This document shows, piece after piece, positions 46,238 to 59,061 of a stretch of DNA of 64,000 bases (the first letter of the stretch is position 1; the number at the start of each line of letters is the position of its first letter). Source of the stretch: Selaginella moellendorffii (Eukaryota; Plantae; Lycopodiophyta); contig NW_003314269.1 of the NCBI RefSeq assembly GCF_000143415.4, positions 1,743,544 to 1,807,543 on the forward strand. The letters are read 5' to 3'. The notes below the pieces were generated by a model. That model was not told the DNA's origin. It did no database searches and saw only the letters and a list, made by a program, of their open reading frames with translations. Position numbers and translations under genes: made by a program.

Positions 46238-47968
46238 TTAAGAGGAACCTTGCAAAGCGTTGGAAATCAAGTTATAGGACGCCGCATTCTCGGGGCTAAA
46301 CTGGAGCAAGTGGTCCGCCACCCGCGCCCCACGCTCCACGTCACCGCATGATGCACTGAGCAGCGCAATCCTGGCCGCTGGATCCGGCACGTAAGGCATG
46401 GCGGCGACGAGCTCCTCAGCGTGGCGGAGCTGCTTGGCGCGGCCCAGGAGATCAATCATGCAGTAGTAGTGATCGGCGATCGCCCTCCGCCCGAAATCCG
46501 CCGCGATGGAGTGGAAGCAGTGCCGCCCATCCGCGAGGCCGCCGCCGTGGCCGCAGCTCGCGAGCACTGCCGTGAACGTGATCTCGTTAGGGCTCGCGCC
46601 CGCGAGCAGCATCTCGCGGAAGAGGGCAATGGCGGCGCCCCATTCGCCGCTCTGCCCGTGCGCGGAGATGATCGCGTTCCACGCTGCCACCGTCGGGCAA
46701 GGGATCTGGTTGAATATCTCGTGCGCGCGTGCCGCCTGGCCGCGCTGCTGGCCGGTGGCGGCGAGCATTGCCGTCCAGGAGATTGGATCCCGCGCCGGCA
46801 TTGAATCGAAGAGCCTCTTCACCGCCCCAAGATCCCTGGCTTGGGCAAATGCAACAAGAATCGCGTTCCAGGAGACGATGCTGTGTTCCGGCATGGAATC
46901 AAACGCGCGCTTCGCCTCCTCGATCTGCCCAGCCTGCCCGTGCATCGCGATGATCGCATTCCACGACGAGGTGACGAGATTGTGCGAGCAGCGGAGGATT
47001 CCTAATTCCTGGAAGAGATCCCGCGCCTCGGCAATCCGGCCGCACTGTGCGTATGAGCCGATCATCGCATTCCAGGCGATCGCGTCCTGGTGGGGCAGCG
47101 AATCAAACATCGCCCTCGCCTCCTCCAGATGCCCGCCCTGCCCAAGAACAGCCACCATAGCCGTCCACGCCACTACGTCCCACTCGGGCATCTTGTGGAA
47201 GAGGGCCCTCGATTCCGGGATATCCCCGGCGGCACCGTACGCTCGTACCATAGACGTCCACGCGACCACGTTGCGCTGGGGCATCGAACCGAAGACCTTT
47301 CGCGCGCCATCCACGTCGCCAGCCTCCACGTAGGCCTGGAGCATGGCGCTCCACGTCACCACGTCCTGGTCGGGCGTCTGGTCGAACACGCAGCGCGCCT
47401 CGTCCACGTGGCCGCTGGACGCGTACGCCTGGAGCAGCGCATTCCACGTCACTACCGTTCTCTCGGGCATCCTGTCGAAGATTCGTCGACACTCTTCCAG
47501 ATCCCCGGTGTCGCCATATGCGGCAATCATGACATTCCTTACCACCACATCCGGGTCGGGCATCTGGTCAAACAGGATCTTAGCATTTTCCAGTTGGCCA
47601 GATTCCACGTATGCTTTGATCACGGCCGTCCATGAGATGGCGTTCCTCTCGCCCATGAGATCGAACGCTGCTCTGGCCTCGAGCAAATGCCCGTTCTGAG
47701 CATATGCCCCGACGAGAAAATTCCACGAGTAGAGATTCCTGTTGTGGATGGAATCGAAAACGCGACGTGCCTCGGCTGGTGCACGGCACTTCCCGTACAT
47801 CTCTACCAGAAGATTGGAGAGGTAGCGCTCTTGGCTGTGGGGGCTGTGGAGGATCTGTGCTTCTAGCTGCACTGCACGCACAAGATTCCTTGAATTGCCG
47901 CAAAGCTTGATCAATCTCACGAATTCTGAGATGTCTGGGGCATCCAGTTGCTTGAATCCATGATGCAT
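46238..47968 (-). CDS. PLS-class pentatricopeptide repeat protein with partial E extension, intronless
   Basis: Repeated F..MP.R.VV.W.AM..AY...G units; DHYYCMIDLLGRAKQL..AEEL...MPYVPD; ends ASYNLISN with no DYW domain. First ATG at 47968. Confidence 0.92.
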   Translation of the reverse strand: MHHGFKQLDAPDISEFVRLIKLCGNSRNLVRAVQLEAQILHSPHSQERYLSNLLVEMYGKCRAPAEARRVFDSIHNRNLYSWNFLVGAYAQNGHLLEARAAFDLMGERNAISWTAVIKAYVESGQLENAKILFDQMPDPDVVVRNVMIAAYGDTGDLEECRRIFDRMPERTVVTWNALLQAYASSGHVDEARCVFDQTPDQDVVTWSAMLQAYVEAGDVDGARKVFGSMPQRNVVAWTSMVRAYGAAGDIPESRALFHKMPEWDVVAWTAMVAVLGQGGHLEEARAMFDSLPHQDAIAWNAMIGSYAQCGRIAEARDLFQELGILRCSHNLVTSSWNAIIAMHGQAGQIEEAKRAFDSMPEHSIVSWNAILVAFAQARDLGAVKRLFDSMPARDPISWTAMLAATGQQRGQAARAHEIFNQIPCPTVAAWNAIISAHGQSGEWGAAIALFREMLLAGASPNEITFTAVLASCGHGGGLADGRHCFHSIAADFGRRAIADHYYCMIDLLGRAKQLRHAEELVAAMPYVPDPAARIALLSASCGDVERGARVADHLLQFSPENAASYNLISNALQGSS

Positions 47969-48838
47969 TTGCCACCAACATTTTCTACACACAAACGATC
48001 GAGTTTTCTAGATATTCATTTGTACTTGTCGCGATCGCTGAAAAGGTGGTCTAAGGCGGTTAAACTTGCTGGACTCGATCCACCAGGCCTAAGCGTTTCA
48101 ATCGACAAAGCGCTTCATTGACGAGATTGGAAGAAGCCAGGCTGGGATGGAAGAGTTCTTAAGAAGACATGAATGTTTTGCGTGTTGCGATCATCCTCGT
48201 TATATTTTTTTGCATCTCATAATCTAGACGAATGTAGAGCCACGTACGCTGCCCTCAATCTAAACAAGCTCTTTGATAGCCGTTGATCTTGATTTCTCGA
48301 TCTTCCTGCAAACAATTTTATGCCTGGAACATAGTATCTTTTGGATACCTCGAGGAGAAAACCTCGCTCGCATATCGATCAAAGATCTTCTCTCTCCCGG
48401 GGATTCGAATTCCAGGGGTTTACAGGCACCATTTCAATCAATTCCATGACGCCATCAAACTCGTGAGAATTTAATAGATTTCCAATCACGCTAGACGATG
48501 CACAAGTGAAACAAATCATCAAAATCGCGGTGCAAAAAAAGAGCGCGTGATCCCTTCACTGGCAAGAGCTGGAGCTGTAGCGATGCTCGGTTACCCGCCT
48601 GACGCGATGTGTCCCCGCATTATCAGCCACGTCACAATCCCCCTCCGAGGATAACACCGTGCTGACTCCCACCTTGAAGCGGGCGCGCTCATACAATACC
48701 CCGTCTACCGAGCTCTTATATATCGAAGAAACTCTTTGAGCTTGGGCATGTGGGATAGGGCATTTTAGGGCCAGATAAACAATGTAGGTTTGCCTTTAAA
48801 AGTCTTCTTTAATTTTTTAACCGTTTAGGGTTTTTGCA

Positions 48839-49933
48839 ATGGGAAAGAAGCTCAAGACGAAGGTATGGGAGAGGCTGCCGATGGCGCTGCTCCAGCGCAT
48901 CCTCGCCATGCTTCCTGTGGAATTCATCCTCAGTGTCCGCCTGGTGTGCCGCGAGCTGAGGCACATCACCGCCTGCCCAGCGTTCCAAGAGCAGTGGAGG
49001 GAGGCCAATCGATCGCGCGAGGCTGCGCCCTTCCTCATCCGGCCCAGGTACTCGGCTCGCAAGATTACCAGGTGCTACAGCGCGTCGCTGAAGAAATGGT
49101 GCGATCTCCCCAACGCTTGCTTCCTCCCCGAGGGTGGATTCCATCTCAAGGGCGCCAGCGGCGGCCTCGTCGCCGCTCGGCTGAAGTCCAAGATCGCGGT
49201 GGGCAATCCCATCACCGGCCAGTGGGTGTTCTTCGATCCGGCTCCAAACTCGTCCTGGGAGACGAGCCCGTGGAGCTTGCTGGTGCCAAAGCGATCGCCG
49301 GCTAGCGGTGGAAGAACGGCTCTAGATTTCCGGATCATCATCGGCGACGGCTTCTACAACTCGAGAACTAGGAGATGGAAGACGGTGGATTTCCCCGGGA
49401 GCTCGAGCTACGGCAGCCTCTTCTGCGATGGCATCGCGACGTTCTACTACTTGTGCTCGGAGGACAATGGCGTCGTGAAGCTTGTGAGCGGCAGCATGAA
49501 TGATCCATCCAACGTCGAGGTCTTGGGAAGCTGGAGCGAGGATCGTTTCAAGTATCCGCTCTATCACCAGCTCTTGATCTACAAAGGTGGCGAAGTCGGG
49601 CTCTTGCGTGATAGCTCCAAGGTGGTGAGAGGGATCGACGCATTCGTCTTCGATCCGGTGGGCTGGGAGTGGCGGCGGCGGTCGAGCTTGCCGAGTGAAA
49701 TGGTGAAGCGGGTCATGAGCGAGCAGAAGGGCGTGAAGCTGCTGCCGAAGCATGAGCTGTGGCAGTTTTCGGGTGATCAAGGGGGACGGATCAACTTTGT
49801 GGCGCCACACCACTGCTCTGGGATCATCGTGTTTGATTCTTGGGACGAGAGTTGGAGCTGGGTGGATGATCCTGCGCCCGTCCCGAGCTTTGGAAGGCGC
49901 TCCGAGTTCTTCTCCATGGAGCTCGCTATCTGA
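48839..49933 (+). CDS. F-box protein (F-box/kelch-like), intronless
   Basis: VWERLPMALLQRILAMLP......VRLVCRELR F-box; GASGGLV and VGNPITGQW motifs typical of plant F-box-associated domains. Confidence 0.85.
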   Translation: MGKKLKTKVWERLPMALLQRILAMLPVEFILSVRLVCRELRHITACPAFQEQWREANRSREAAPFLIRPRYSARKITRCYSASLKKWCDLPNACFLPEGGFHLKGASGGLVAARLKSKIAVGNPITGQWVFFDPAPNSSWETSPWSLLVPKRSPASGGRTALDFRIIIGDGFYNSRTRRWKTVDFPGSSSYGSLFCDGIATFYYLCSEDNGVVKLVSGSMNDPSNVEVLGSWSEDRFKYPLYHQLLIYKGGEVGLLRDSSKVVRGIDAFVFDPVGWEWRRRSSLPSEMVKRVMSEQKGVKLLPKHELWQFSGDQGGRINFVAPHHCSGIIVFDSWDESWSWVDDPAPVPSFGRRSEFFSMELAI

Positions 49934-50034
49934 GATAAGCTTTTTGCTTCTTTGTTTTGTTTTTGACGAGGACTTTGCTTTTCGGCTAAAGAAAAAAGAC
50001 AATGACATTGCAGTACAGCGTTCTGAAGCCCTTG

Positions 50035-51672
50035 TTAATGCTCATCTGCATCGCTATTCTTCCTTGCAACGCGCATAGCTAGTAGGGAGTTGGCAGCATC
50101 TGCATTCTTGTTCTTCCTTGCAGTCCGCATGGATTGGAGCAAGGGATTGGACAGGTTGCACTCCGATGACAAGAACTCCAAAAGCTTATCTTCATCTTCA
50201 CTTGGAAGTGTTGTGGTGCTCTCGATCAACAGCTTCCAGCAGGTGTCGACATTCCTGGGCTCGACCCCTTGAAGCAGTAACGCACAAGCCCCAATGAACT
50301 TGATCCGTGCACCACATTCTTGCACCAAGCTTCCCCTGACCATAAGCCTAAGAAACGGCTCCAAGAAGCAGATAAGGCAGTCTACCGGTACCTGGCCCCC
50401 TGCACACGCATCGTGCAGCTCCTTGAATCTTCTATCAGCATCACTAGCCAGTTCAAAGGCAATGTTCCTGAAGCCCTGCAGCGAGACGGCCATAAACCAG
50501 GTGCCAAACTCTAAAACCGATCTCCACTTGCTCTCGGATACCAAACTTCTCCAATGCTGGCGCATACTCACCTCGGCTTGCATTGTGGCTTGCAAGTGGT
50601 TGCAATTTGAAATGTTGGTGTAGAGATAGCTCAGCTTCTTCTTGCACTCGGGTGTGCATTGCCATGCCTCCAACGCTGTCCTAAACTCTAGCATCGCAGC
50701 TTGGGGGAAGAAAGGCTTGGGAGGTTGTAGCTCTGGGAGAGGCTTCACCTCCAGATCTTGCCTGTTCAGCCGCCTCTCCAGCACACTTCCCTTTTGCAAT
50801 CGTTGCCCTACCACCTTTCTAATCTCGTGCTTGGATATCCCCTCCCAGGAGCCATATGCCAGGACATCCAGCGACTGCTGGATTTGGATGGGATCCCCCT
50901 TGTTCCTTTTCAGCGCCTCCAGAGCTTCCTTGGCCATCGTCCTTCAGGGTTTGGTTTGAAGCATGGGCTGCTTTTATAGGAGCAAAATTGACCTTTATTC
51001 TTCCTACACATAATTGTGCTCTTTCCATAGAGCGGCTGCAGCTGAGGTGGCGAAGGATCCGATGCTGGAGTGGGTGCGATGAACGTGGTGTGCTTCAGCC
51101 TCCTAGCATCCGGCAAAAGAGGATCTTCTCGAATATTGAGATTGCCAAGAAATGAAGCCGGTTCAAACTGCTTCGACCAATTGAGGTACTTGATCGAAGG
51201 CAGTGCAGTCAGCTTCCTCTGAAATCTTATCTGGGCAATCTCTCCCTCCCAATCTTGCCAAACGAACGCATTGATCATCGAATTCTGGACGAGCAGAATT
51301 TATGAATTGGATTGTTCCATCGAGCTCGCAATCAGTGCCTCTAATTTGGAGGCATCGGATTTGTCCTTGACTCTCTATCAGGATTGTGAACATACGGAGG
51401 CAACTTGTTCAAGCTCCAAGTCCTTGTGCTTGAATTCCTCCACCTGGATATTTTTCCAGCACTTGCCTGCTTCTCCTGCAGCGCACCTTCGCCCTCTTGG
51501 AAGGATTCGACTTCCTCCTCTCCCCTCCATACTCGAGCCCGGAACGCATGTGTTCCATCCTCGCCTCCACCACTTTCCTCAAAGCGTTTCTCGTGGCAGC
51601 AGTGGAATCCAAGAACTTAATAGCTTCCAAGTTAAAATCCAGCCACCTTGCCGATGAGCTCTTCATCCCCAA
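50035..51672 (-). pseudogene. Uncharacterised lineage-specific gene, probably disrupted; longest intact piece 50035-50937 (300 aa)
   Basis: Successive minus-strand ORFs in different frames. In-frame TGA just upstream of MAKEALEALK. No family recognised. Confidence 0.4.
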
Positions 51673-51929
51673 ACCAGAACAAATTCACCACTGGCCATGG
51701 GAATCACTGGAGTGGTAGGCGCCGATTATACTCGTGCTCTTCAAGTGCTCAGTTGTGGAATCAAAGTCTTGTCGAGGAGCATTCCTTTGCAAGTAAGAAG
51801 CAAACGGCCCAGCAAACAAGGCTGTTACAGCTTTCACGCCTAGCAAACTGGCCATCAGGGTCGCCGAGCAAACTGGCCATCAGGAACGCCGAGCACGAAA
51901 ACCGGATGATACTCTGCCGACGAGCAACA

Positions 51930-52700
51930 GCATGCTGGAAGCATACATTGTCAATGGGAAGATCAAGGAGGGCAGGGCGTTCTTCGATGGCGCCGGCAAG
52001 AGGGACGTGAAGACTTGGAACATCATGCTCTTAGCGTATACCAGAGGGGGCTTACGGATGAGGCCAAGGAGCTGTTCAAGATGGCGAAGAATCCGGCTGT
52101 ACATCCCTGGGTGAAAATGATCGAGGTTATGCGCGAGCCGCGATGACACAGGGCGCTTACAATCTTCCGAGCATCGCCTGGGCACGAGAAACTGTAGTAG
52201 GCCATGATCGCAGCATTTGCCGAGAGCGGGGATCTTGAGACGGCCAAGGCAATGGTGCAGAGGATGAAAAACCCGAGTGTGGCTTCTTGCAGGCCCTTGG
52301 AGGCAACCCTCGGTTTTCCATTCGATCGAGGAGAAGAATTTGGAGTCGTGGAGTTTGATGGTCTCTGGATTGGCCACAAAGGGGAAGTACGCAGCGGCTG
52401 AGTGTTGTCAGGGGTGTGGTGCCAGACAACGCCATCTTTACGAGCATGGTCTCCACTTGCAAGTCTCTGCCGGACTAACGAAGCTGCAAGCTGTCTTGGT
52501 CGCAGACTTTGAGGTGTATCCGGTCCTGGAAGATTACCTGCGTGTGATGGAGCTTCTCAAGCCCAAAGATGAGCTACTAAAGTCCATGCCTTCCAAGCCG
52601 GACTACGACATGTGGAAGACTTTTCTTTGGGTTTGCCAGAGGCCGGGGACAAGGAGCTCACTGACTATCGAAGTCAAAGTATGATATGGTTTCCTCGGGC
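51930..52700 (+). pseudogene. Degenerate PLS-PPR pseudogene
   Basis: Frame-shifted PPR motifs: MLEAYIVNGKIKEGRAFFD...DVKTWNIMLLAY; MIAAFAESGDLETAKAM; VFHSIEEKNLESWSLM; ELLKSMPSKPD...WKTFL. Confidence 0.75.
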
Positions 52701-53023
52701 TAGAAGGATCTCTACCAGGCACAGGAGGTGTTTCTTCACATCAGCTTTCGCTTCTCGGCAATGGAAACAAGGGATGACAACCAACTTGATTTTCCACGAG
52801 ATTTCCGGCACACAGGTGGGTTTTTGCTCGTTTCTATTCTTCTTTACCCAATTGCCTCACACATGATCTTCCAGAAATTGTGCGTATCTCTTTGACGAAA
52901 AGCCGCAAATCTTTGCCTTTGAATCTTCCAACTGGTAAGCATCACGAAGTTCTCAAACGGATTTTTCTATTTTGGCTATGTCAGACCAAGTTAGTCCAAG
53001 GAGGAAAAGTTCTCGGCTTCTCT

Positions 53024-54926
53024 CTATCTCGCCCGGGAACTTTCCACGACGCTCGACTCTAGAATGCGAAGTACTGCCGGATCTCTGGCACACCTCGGCG
53101 TCTTGTACTGCCCGATGCTCCCTTGACCGACAAACACAACATGATCCACTATCCGGTCGAAAGTTCCCGGCTCGACCACCTTGATCTCCAGCGCTCCAAC
53201 GCTGCCCTCTCGCCGGTTCCGCCGATACACCACGGACAGCGATTCCTCCATCACCGAGCAGCACTCGCGGAGCTCCGCCTCCAGGGACTCCATAGCGGCA
53301 TCCAACGAGAGCTCCCAATAGACAACGTAGTGGCCCGGCTGGGACGACAAGTTGACTCTACTCGTGTAGTCGAGGAGCCGGACGTCGCCGCGGTTCCTCT
53401 TGGCCATCACCGCGGCGGCGGTGGTGACGGCGGTGTGGAGCTCCACCTCGTCGGTCTTGTCCGTGTCGACGCTCAAGAGAACTCCCGCCCGGCCGACGAA
53501 GGAGAACTGCGGCATCGAGTTTTTGAAGCCCACCACCTTGAGCACGTCCCCGACGCGGTAGCGGTATAGTCCGGCCCGGGTGGTGATGACAAGCTCGTAC
53601 TCTCGCCCGAGCTCTACCTCTGCGAGCTGCACGAGATCGTCCCGCCTTGGCGAAGAGCTCGAACTGGAGCTCACGGGGAGGAACTCGTAGTAGACGAAGC
53701 ACGGGAATGGAGAGTAGCGGACGTCGTATGGCGAGCAGACTGGACTTAAGTTCACTCCCAGTGTGCTACACTCGGATGCGGCGTAGATGGACGAGGCGAT
53801 CGGGAGGCCATCGCTGAAGAAGTCGATCGCTGGCACGTACTGCTGCATGGATCCCGTGACGATGGCCTGGATGATCCGTGCTCTCGGCCAGAGGCGGCGG
53901 ACGATCCCGCGCCAGTTGCTCTTGCTACACTCTCGCCGGACGAGCGCCGCCAGCTTTGGATCCGGCTTAAGTAAAGCGTTCACGGCGTGTTTGACGGATA
54001 AGTCCGAGACGATGTTGTCGTTCACACGGCCGGTCTCGATGTCTACGCAGAGTTCTTGCCAGAGATCCTTGAGAGCCTTGAGGCTTCGGACAAGAGTGGA
54101 GGCGAAGGGCGCACCGATGGAAACGACTTCCTGGGATTGCGTGAGGCCGCAGAGGAGGTGGCAGTAGCTCGCTTGCTGATAGTCGACGCAGAGGATCACT
54201 TGGTCCGGGCTCGTGTAGCCCGACTCCGGGTCGAGCTTGCGTTGGCGAAACGCTGGACTTGTGAAGTAGCCACTGAGGCCCGAGGTGGTGGTGACGCCGC
54301 CGGATGTGATCCCGGGCTTTCTCACGTAGAAGAACTGCAAGGATTTTCCCCGGCTCGCGTACGGTGCTTTCCTGCGATGGAGAATCGAAAAGGTAAGGTT
54401 TTCTGTTCATTCTCTCGCGAAAATGGTTTTTTTTTTTGGAAACTTACTTGTTTAGTGCAGCTCGGGCCACCCGGTTGAGCGCCACGAACTCCTGATCGTA
54501 GCTGGGCGACTTTGGAAAGAGCTTTTGCTTCCCACCAGAAGTTCCAGAGCTGTGTTTATTTTTTTCGTCAGTCAACGAGACGAAAGAAGAGAAAAAAAAA
54601 TGCGTTCTTTGTTTCGTTTTTTACCTGGTAAGCATTTCTAGCACTCGAGCAGCGCAAATGGTTTTCGACTCGTCCCCGTTTGCTAATCTCTGGAAGTCCG
54701 CTTCCATGTCGCTGTAGGTGGTGATCGGGAGGAGCCTCCGAAACTCCTCCTTGGTTGGAATGCCGTAGAGGCCATGCCTTTGGAAGTAGTCCGTGCCAGC
54801 ATTGGCCTCGAGCAAGAGCTGCAGGACGTAGTCCTGGACGCTGGAGACGTGTCTTGTTACGTGCTCCATGAATCCGAGTGCTTGCTCGTCGCAGGCAATG
54901 GCACTCAGGATTGCAGTCGCGTCCAT
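53024..54926 (-). CDS. GH3: GH3 acyl-acid amido synthetase; exons 54926-54625, 54549-54448, 54371-53024
   Basis: SSGTSGGKQK across exons 1/2, YAASE, GLYRYRVGD, GQYKTPRC. Both introns are GT-AG and in phase. Substrate not determinable from sequence. Confidence 0.93.
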
Positions 54927-55634
54927 CGTTACGTCCTCCGACCGCGACAATGGGAAGTGCTCGAGAGACAATGTTGGTTTACGTCGAGGAACTGGAACTA
55001 GACTCCGATCGCCTAGAAAGATCGCCCAAGCACGGCGAAGAAGCCGAGAAAGGAAGACGTCGAGAACTCCTCCAAGAACGAGCTTGCTACAGCGAAGAAG
55101 AAGCGAAGGTGGTTCTAAAACGACCGAGAACGCAGCTCTGTTTGGAAGCAAATGCTGGATCGACAGGGGCTATATATCAAGGAAGAAAGCCTGCTGGTTT
55201 GAGTTTGGCTTTGTGAAACACCCGAGAAAGATCACTGGCAAGAGCAGAAGAACCAGAAGAACGAGGACCGAAGAAACGAGAGGAGGGAGACCGAGACCGA
55301 GAGAGTGAGAGAGAAGAGAGAGAGCGAGAGAGGGATTTAAGATTGTCAACGTTTAAGACTCGTCAAAGCCATCTGAGGAAGAGAATCCATTTCGTAGTAG
55401 TACTGCTCTCCTTGATGGAGCAAAGGCGAGCCTTGTTCGTTCCGGAAAGAAGGAAGAAAATGGACGAAGACTTGGCCGCTGGCGCTGGTTTGTTTCACTC
55501 CAAAGTGTTCTAGGTCTCGTTCTCCGCACCATTTGGCGCGCGAAGAAGCATGGATTCTTCCATTGTCAAAGCCAGGCTCTTCTCGTTTTTAAGTAAGATT
55601 CCGGGGTTTTAGGGTTCTTGGCGTCTTCCCTCTC

Positions 55635-57790
55635 ATGGCGCCAGTGGACTCGGATCTGCTGCGCGCGCTGGAGCAGCTCCAGGACGCCGCCGATGCGGTG
55701 TTTGGGAGGATTGCGAGCCGCGTATGCCAGCGCCGGCCTTGTTTTGGTGTGATCGTCGTTTATTTGCGCAGGTCGGGATGGAGCGCGAGCGATTGCAAGA
55801 TCTGTCGAGGAGGATCCAGGCGGTGAAGGTAAGCAATCGCATTTGCATTGGAGTTTTTTTGGATTGGAGGAGTTCTTCAGGCGAATGTGGATTCTATCTC
55901 CGGGTCGAGGCAAGCGATAACGGTGCTATCGAGCGCGAAATATCCACAGGTTTCTTCCGATGCTGTGGATTTCAAGCCGCTGTTTGGAGGACACGACGAG
56001 CCTCTGCCAGTCTTCAAAGTAGAGCTCAATATGGGGAATTTTCAGGTGATTGATTTGCGAGGAGGCCATGCCAGTGTCTTGTTTTTGCATTACCAGGAGG
56101 ATGAAAACGAAGGAACGCTGGAGCTCTTTCGTTTTTTCATGGAAACTAGCCATGAACGATTAAATGTTACACCAATGCACAAGGTATTCTTTTTCTTTTT
56201 TCTAGTCTCTTGTCGTGGTGATTGGCGATAGTTTGGTTCTTGTGGACAGGATGATGCTGATTTTAATGATAGATCCATAGCAGACGTTCTTCCTGAGTAC
56301 TATATTTTCGTATGTTTACTCTAATCCTGTTTTTTATTCTCTATGAACAGGCATACTAAACTACCAGAACAAGCTACATCCGAGGCTTCTGGAAAATCTA
56401 CCACGCTTTATCCTCCACCCAGAGTCTCACTCAAAGAAACAATCCAGTAAGCTATGTGCACAGGGACGCACTATAGTCACTGAGTTTATTTTGGTGACTA
56501 GGCTGCTCCAGGTCTAGAAGAGTATGGATTCAAGCCGACATTGCGTCAAGTTCCTCTGTTCACTTTGCCTTCCAAAATTCCGGACTTGCCTATGGTGGCG
56601 GATATTAGCTGGACAGGTATGCTTCATATTTCTATGTAGGGAGAATAAAATTGCCAAAAAAATATCAGGCTCGAGGACTGACGTTCAGGAGTTAACATCA
56701 ATCGTGCCTTCGGCAAGCAATAAAAGCTCTCAAAAGCTAGATGCTCCCAAAGCTGAAGAATCGAGAAGTAAGGATTGAATGCTCAACGTTACATAACCAG
56801 TACCTGTTTGTTTCTTAGATCCTTCTCAAACTACCGTTCCTCCTGCACCGAAAATGGAGGAGGCTCCCGTGCCGCAACTACGTCCACCCCAGGCGCCCCC
56901 TCGACTAATTTCTCAGAACACGAAGGACGATAGAGGTGCGGACGTTCTTTTTTGCGTGTAATAGACATTGCTGATTGTTGTTTTGGTTCAAGGAAAAAGC
57001 ATAATCCCTCCGCCACCACCACCATTGCCTTCTCCACCTATGATAAGCAGCACCATGAACCCTGGGGCAGCAAGCAAGGACAAGGCGTCTGCATCCTCAT
57101 CAACTCCTCCACAAGCTATTCCTCCAATTGGTAATCTCCTTTGACTGCTGCTTTTCATGTTGCTGAATCCTTTTGCAGAACCGAATAGAGCAGCACTCCT
57201 TGCGTCCATTCGAAGTCCAAACATCAAACTAAGAAAGGTAGGCCATTATCCATTTTATCATCTCTATTTCCTTTTAGCTTGCTCGTTTCTTACAGACTGA
57301 CGTGTCCGAGAAGACATCAGAACCAACTCAAGAGGCCGAGCCTCCGCATTCTAAACAGGTGGTAAAAGTCGAGCCTGTTGCCTCCTCATCATTTCTTCTA
57401 TTGCGCAGGCGGACCTGCTTGCTGAGATGGCGTCGACGCTAAAAATGCGAAGGCTTTCAATGAAAGGCGCCACTCACGACGTAAGTTCTAGTTATAATCG
57501 TGAGGCTTTTCGTCCGTTGCGTAACTGGCTCTTTCCAGATGTCTAAAGGTTCCGACACTGGAGCAAGCTCGTCCGCGAGGTAATCAAAGTTATCGCGCTT
57601 TAGCTACAAACCAAAAACCATCTCACGGGTGTTGGTGGTTGCAGGTCTCCGTTGCCGGCAAGTTTTAATCGTCTCGTCTTTGGCCAAAGCTTGGATGATT
57701 TTTTCTCCTTTTTTGCAGATTGCAAACTTGAAAGCGTTCCTCCCACAAACTTCTGGCAGTGATGGAGATGAAGATGATTGGGAAGATTAA
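55635..57790 (+). CDS. WASH1: WASH complex subunit 1 (Arp2/3 nucleation-promoting factor), multi-exon
   Basis: WAHD-like LEQLQDAADAVFGRIASRV...LQDLSRRI...GSRQAITVLSSAKYP; YGFKPTLRQVPLFTLPSKIPDLPMVA; polyproline PPPPPPLPSPP; WH2 NRAALLASIRSPNIKLRK; central DLLAEMASTLKMRR; acidic DEDDWED*. Confidence 0.85.
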
Positions 57791-57910
57791 AGAGAGTAAG
57801 CATTATTTTGAGAACTAATTTCTTCTTCTTCTAGATAATCTGACTGTGACTCGCTCTGGTGTTTTTTCAGTGGATTTCACGTTTGAATTGTCCGAAGTGA
57901 CAAGCGCCGT

Positions 57911-57931
57911 ACACGTGGCATGCCAAGTGGC
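57911..57931 (+). promoter_or_regulatory. ABRE/G-box-like motifs upstream of the MBD gene
   Basis: ACACGTGGC followed by CCAAGTGGC, about 150 nt before the ATG. Function untested. Confidence 0.3.
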
Positions 57932-58077
57932 AGGCGCAACGCATCCAATGATCTGGATATGTTTGAAATTTGGGGAATATTTCCCAAATGACGGGGGCCC
58001 AACCCGTCAGGGAGCGCGTCAGTGACGGGTTGCAAGTACGTATGGAAAGAAAAGAAACTTTGGCGAAGAAGAACATA

Positions 58078-59061
58078 ATGGCTGCTTCGGAGGAGGAGGC
58101 TATGGCGGCCATGGTGGAAGGTGATGAGCTTGCCGGGGACGGAATCGTGTGGGAGGAGCTCCCGGCACCTCCGGGGTGGAAGAAAAAGGTTCGTAGCTCT
58201 TTGCTAGTTTTCTTGTCTTCGCGTTTGCGAGCAATTGGACTTCTTGCCTGTGGTTTTCTTGTGCCTGTTTGCAGATTTCTGAGAATTATGTGCTAGGACT
58301 TTCAAGTTTTTCTCGTTTTGCTGCGTTTCTTGGGGTTTCTTGAGACTAAAAGTTTGTGTGATGTGTTGCTGGTTCTAGTGGCTGATTTTTGGAATTTCAG
58401 GTGGCTCAGCGCCGAGGAGGCACTCCTCGCCGAGGAGACATCACGTTCGTTGCTCCGGATGGAGAGGAGATTAAGAGCAAACGGCAGCTGGAGCGTTATC
58501 TCAAAGCTAACTCGGGAGGGCCACCCGTAGCGGATTTTGACTGGGGTACAGGTCAGTCAAGCGAAGAAAAAACTCGTTTTTCCGTTCCGCGTGAGTTACC
58601 TCCAGAGCTGGAAGTTACTAAATGTTGTGAAAATTTTCTTTTTAGGCGAGACTCCGAGGAGATCCGAGAGGCTGAGCTCGAGGAAGCGGCCCTCGGACAG
58701 CTGGGCCGAGGCGGAGCCGACCACTCCACGGCGCGGGAGGAAGAAGAAGGCCGTGGCAGCGATAAAGTCTCCAGACGACGAAGAAGGCGGTGTCAAGGAC
58801 TCGGACAAGGCGGACGAGAACGGCAAAGAAGAGCAAGACGGTGGAGCTAAAGCCGAGGCCAAAACAACTCAAGACGAAGCAACAGGGGAAGAAACTGCAG
58901 CAGCGGCGGAAGATCCGGCAAAAGAAGATCAAAGTGGCGACCAAGCAAAGAAGGGAGCGGCGAAAGCTTCTTCCACTGCCCCGGTGATAAGCTGTGCGAA
59001 GACCGAGACAATGGCAAAGTCGCAAGAAGCACAGCCAGCGCAAATAGGTGTGAGCAGCTGA
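58078..59061 (+). CDS. Methyl-CpG-binding-domain protein, MBD10/MBD11-like (3 exons)
   Basis: ELPAPPGWKKK|...TPRRGDITFVAPDGEEIKSKRQLERYLK...FDWGT|GETPRRSERLS, then an acidic/low-complexity tail. Confidence 0.88.
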
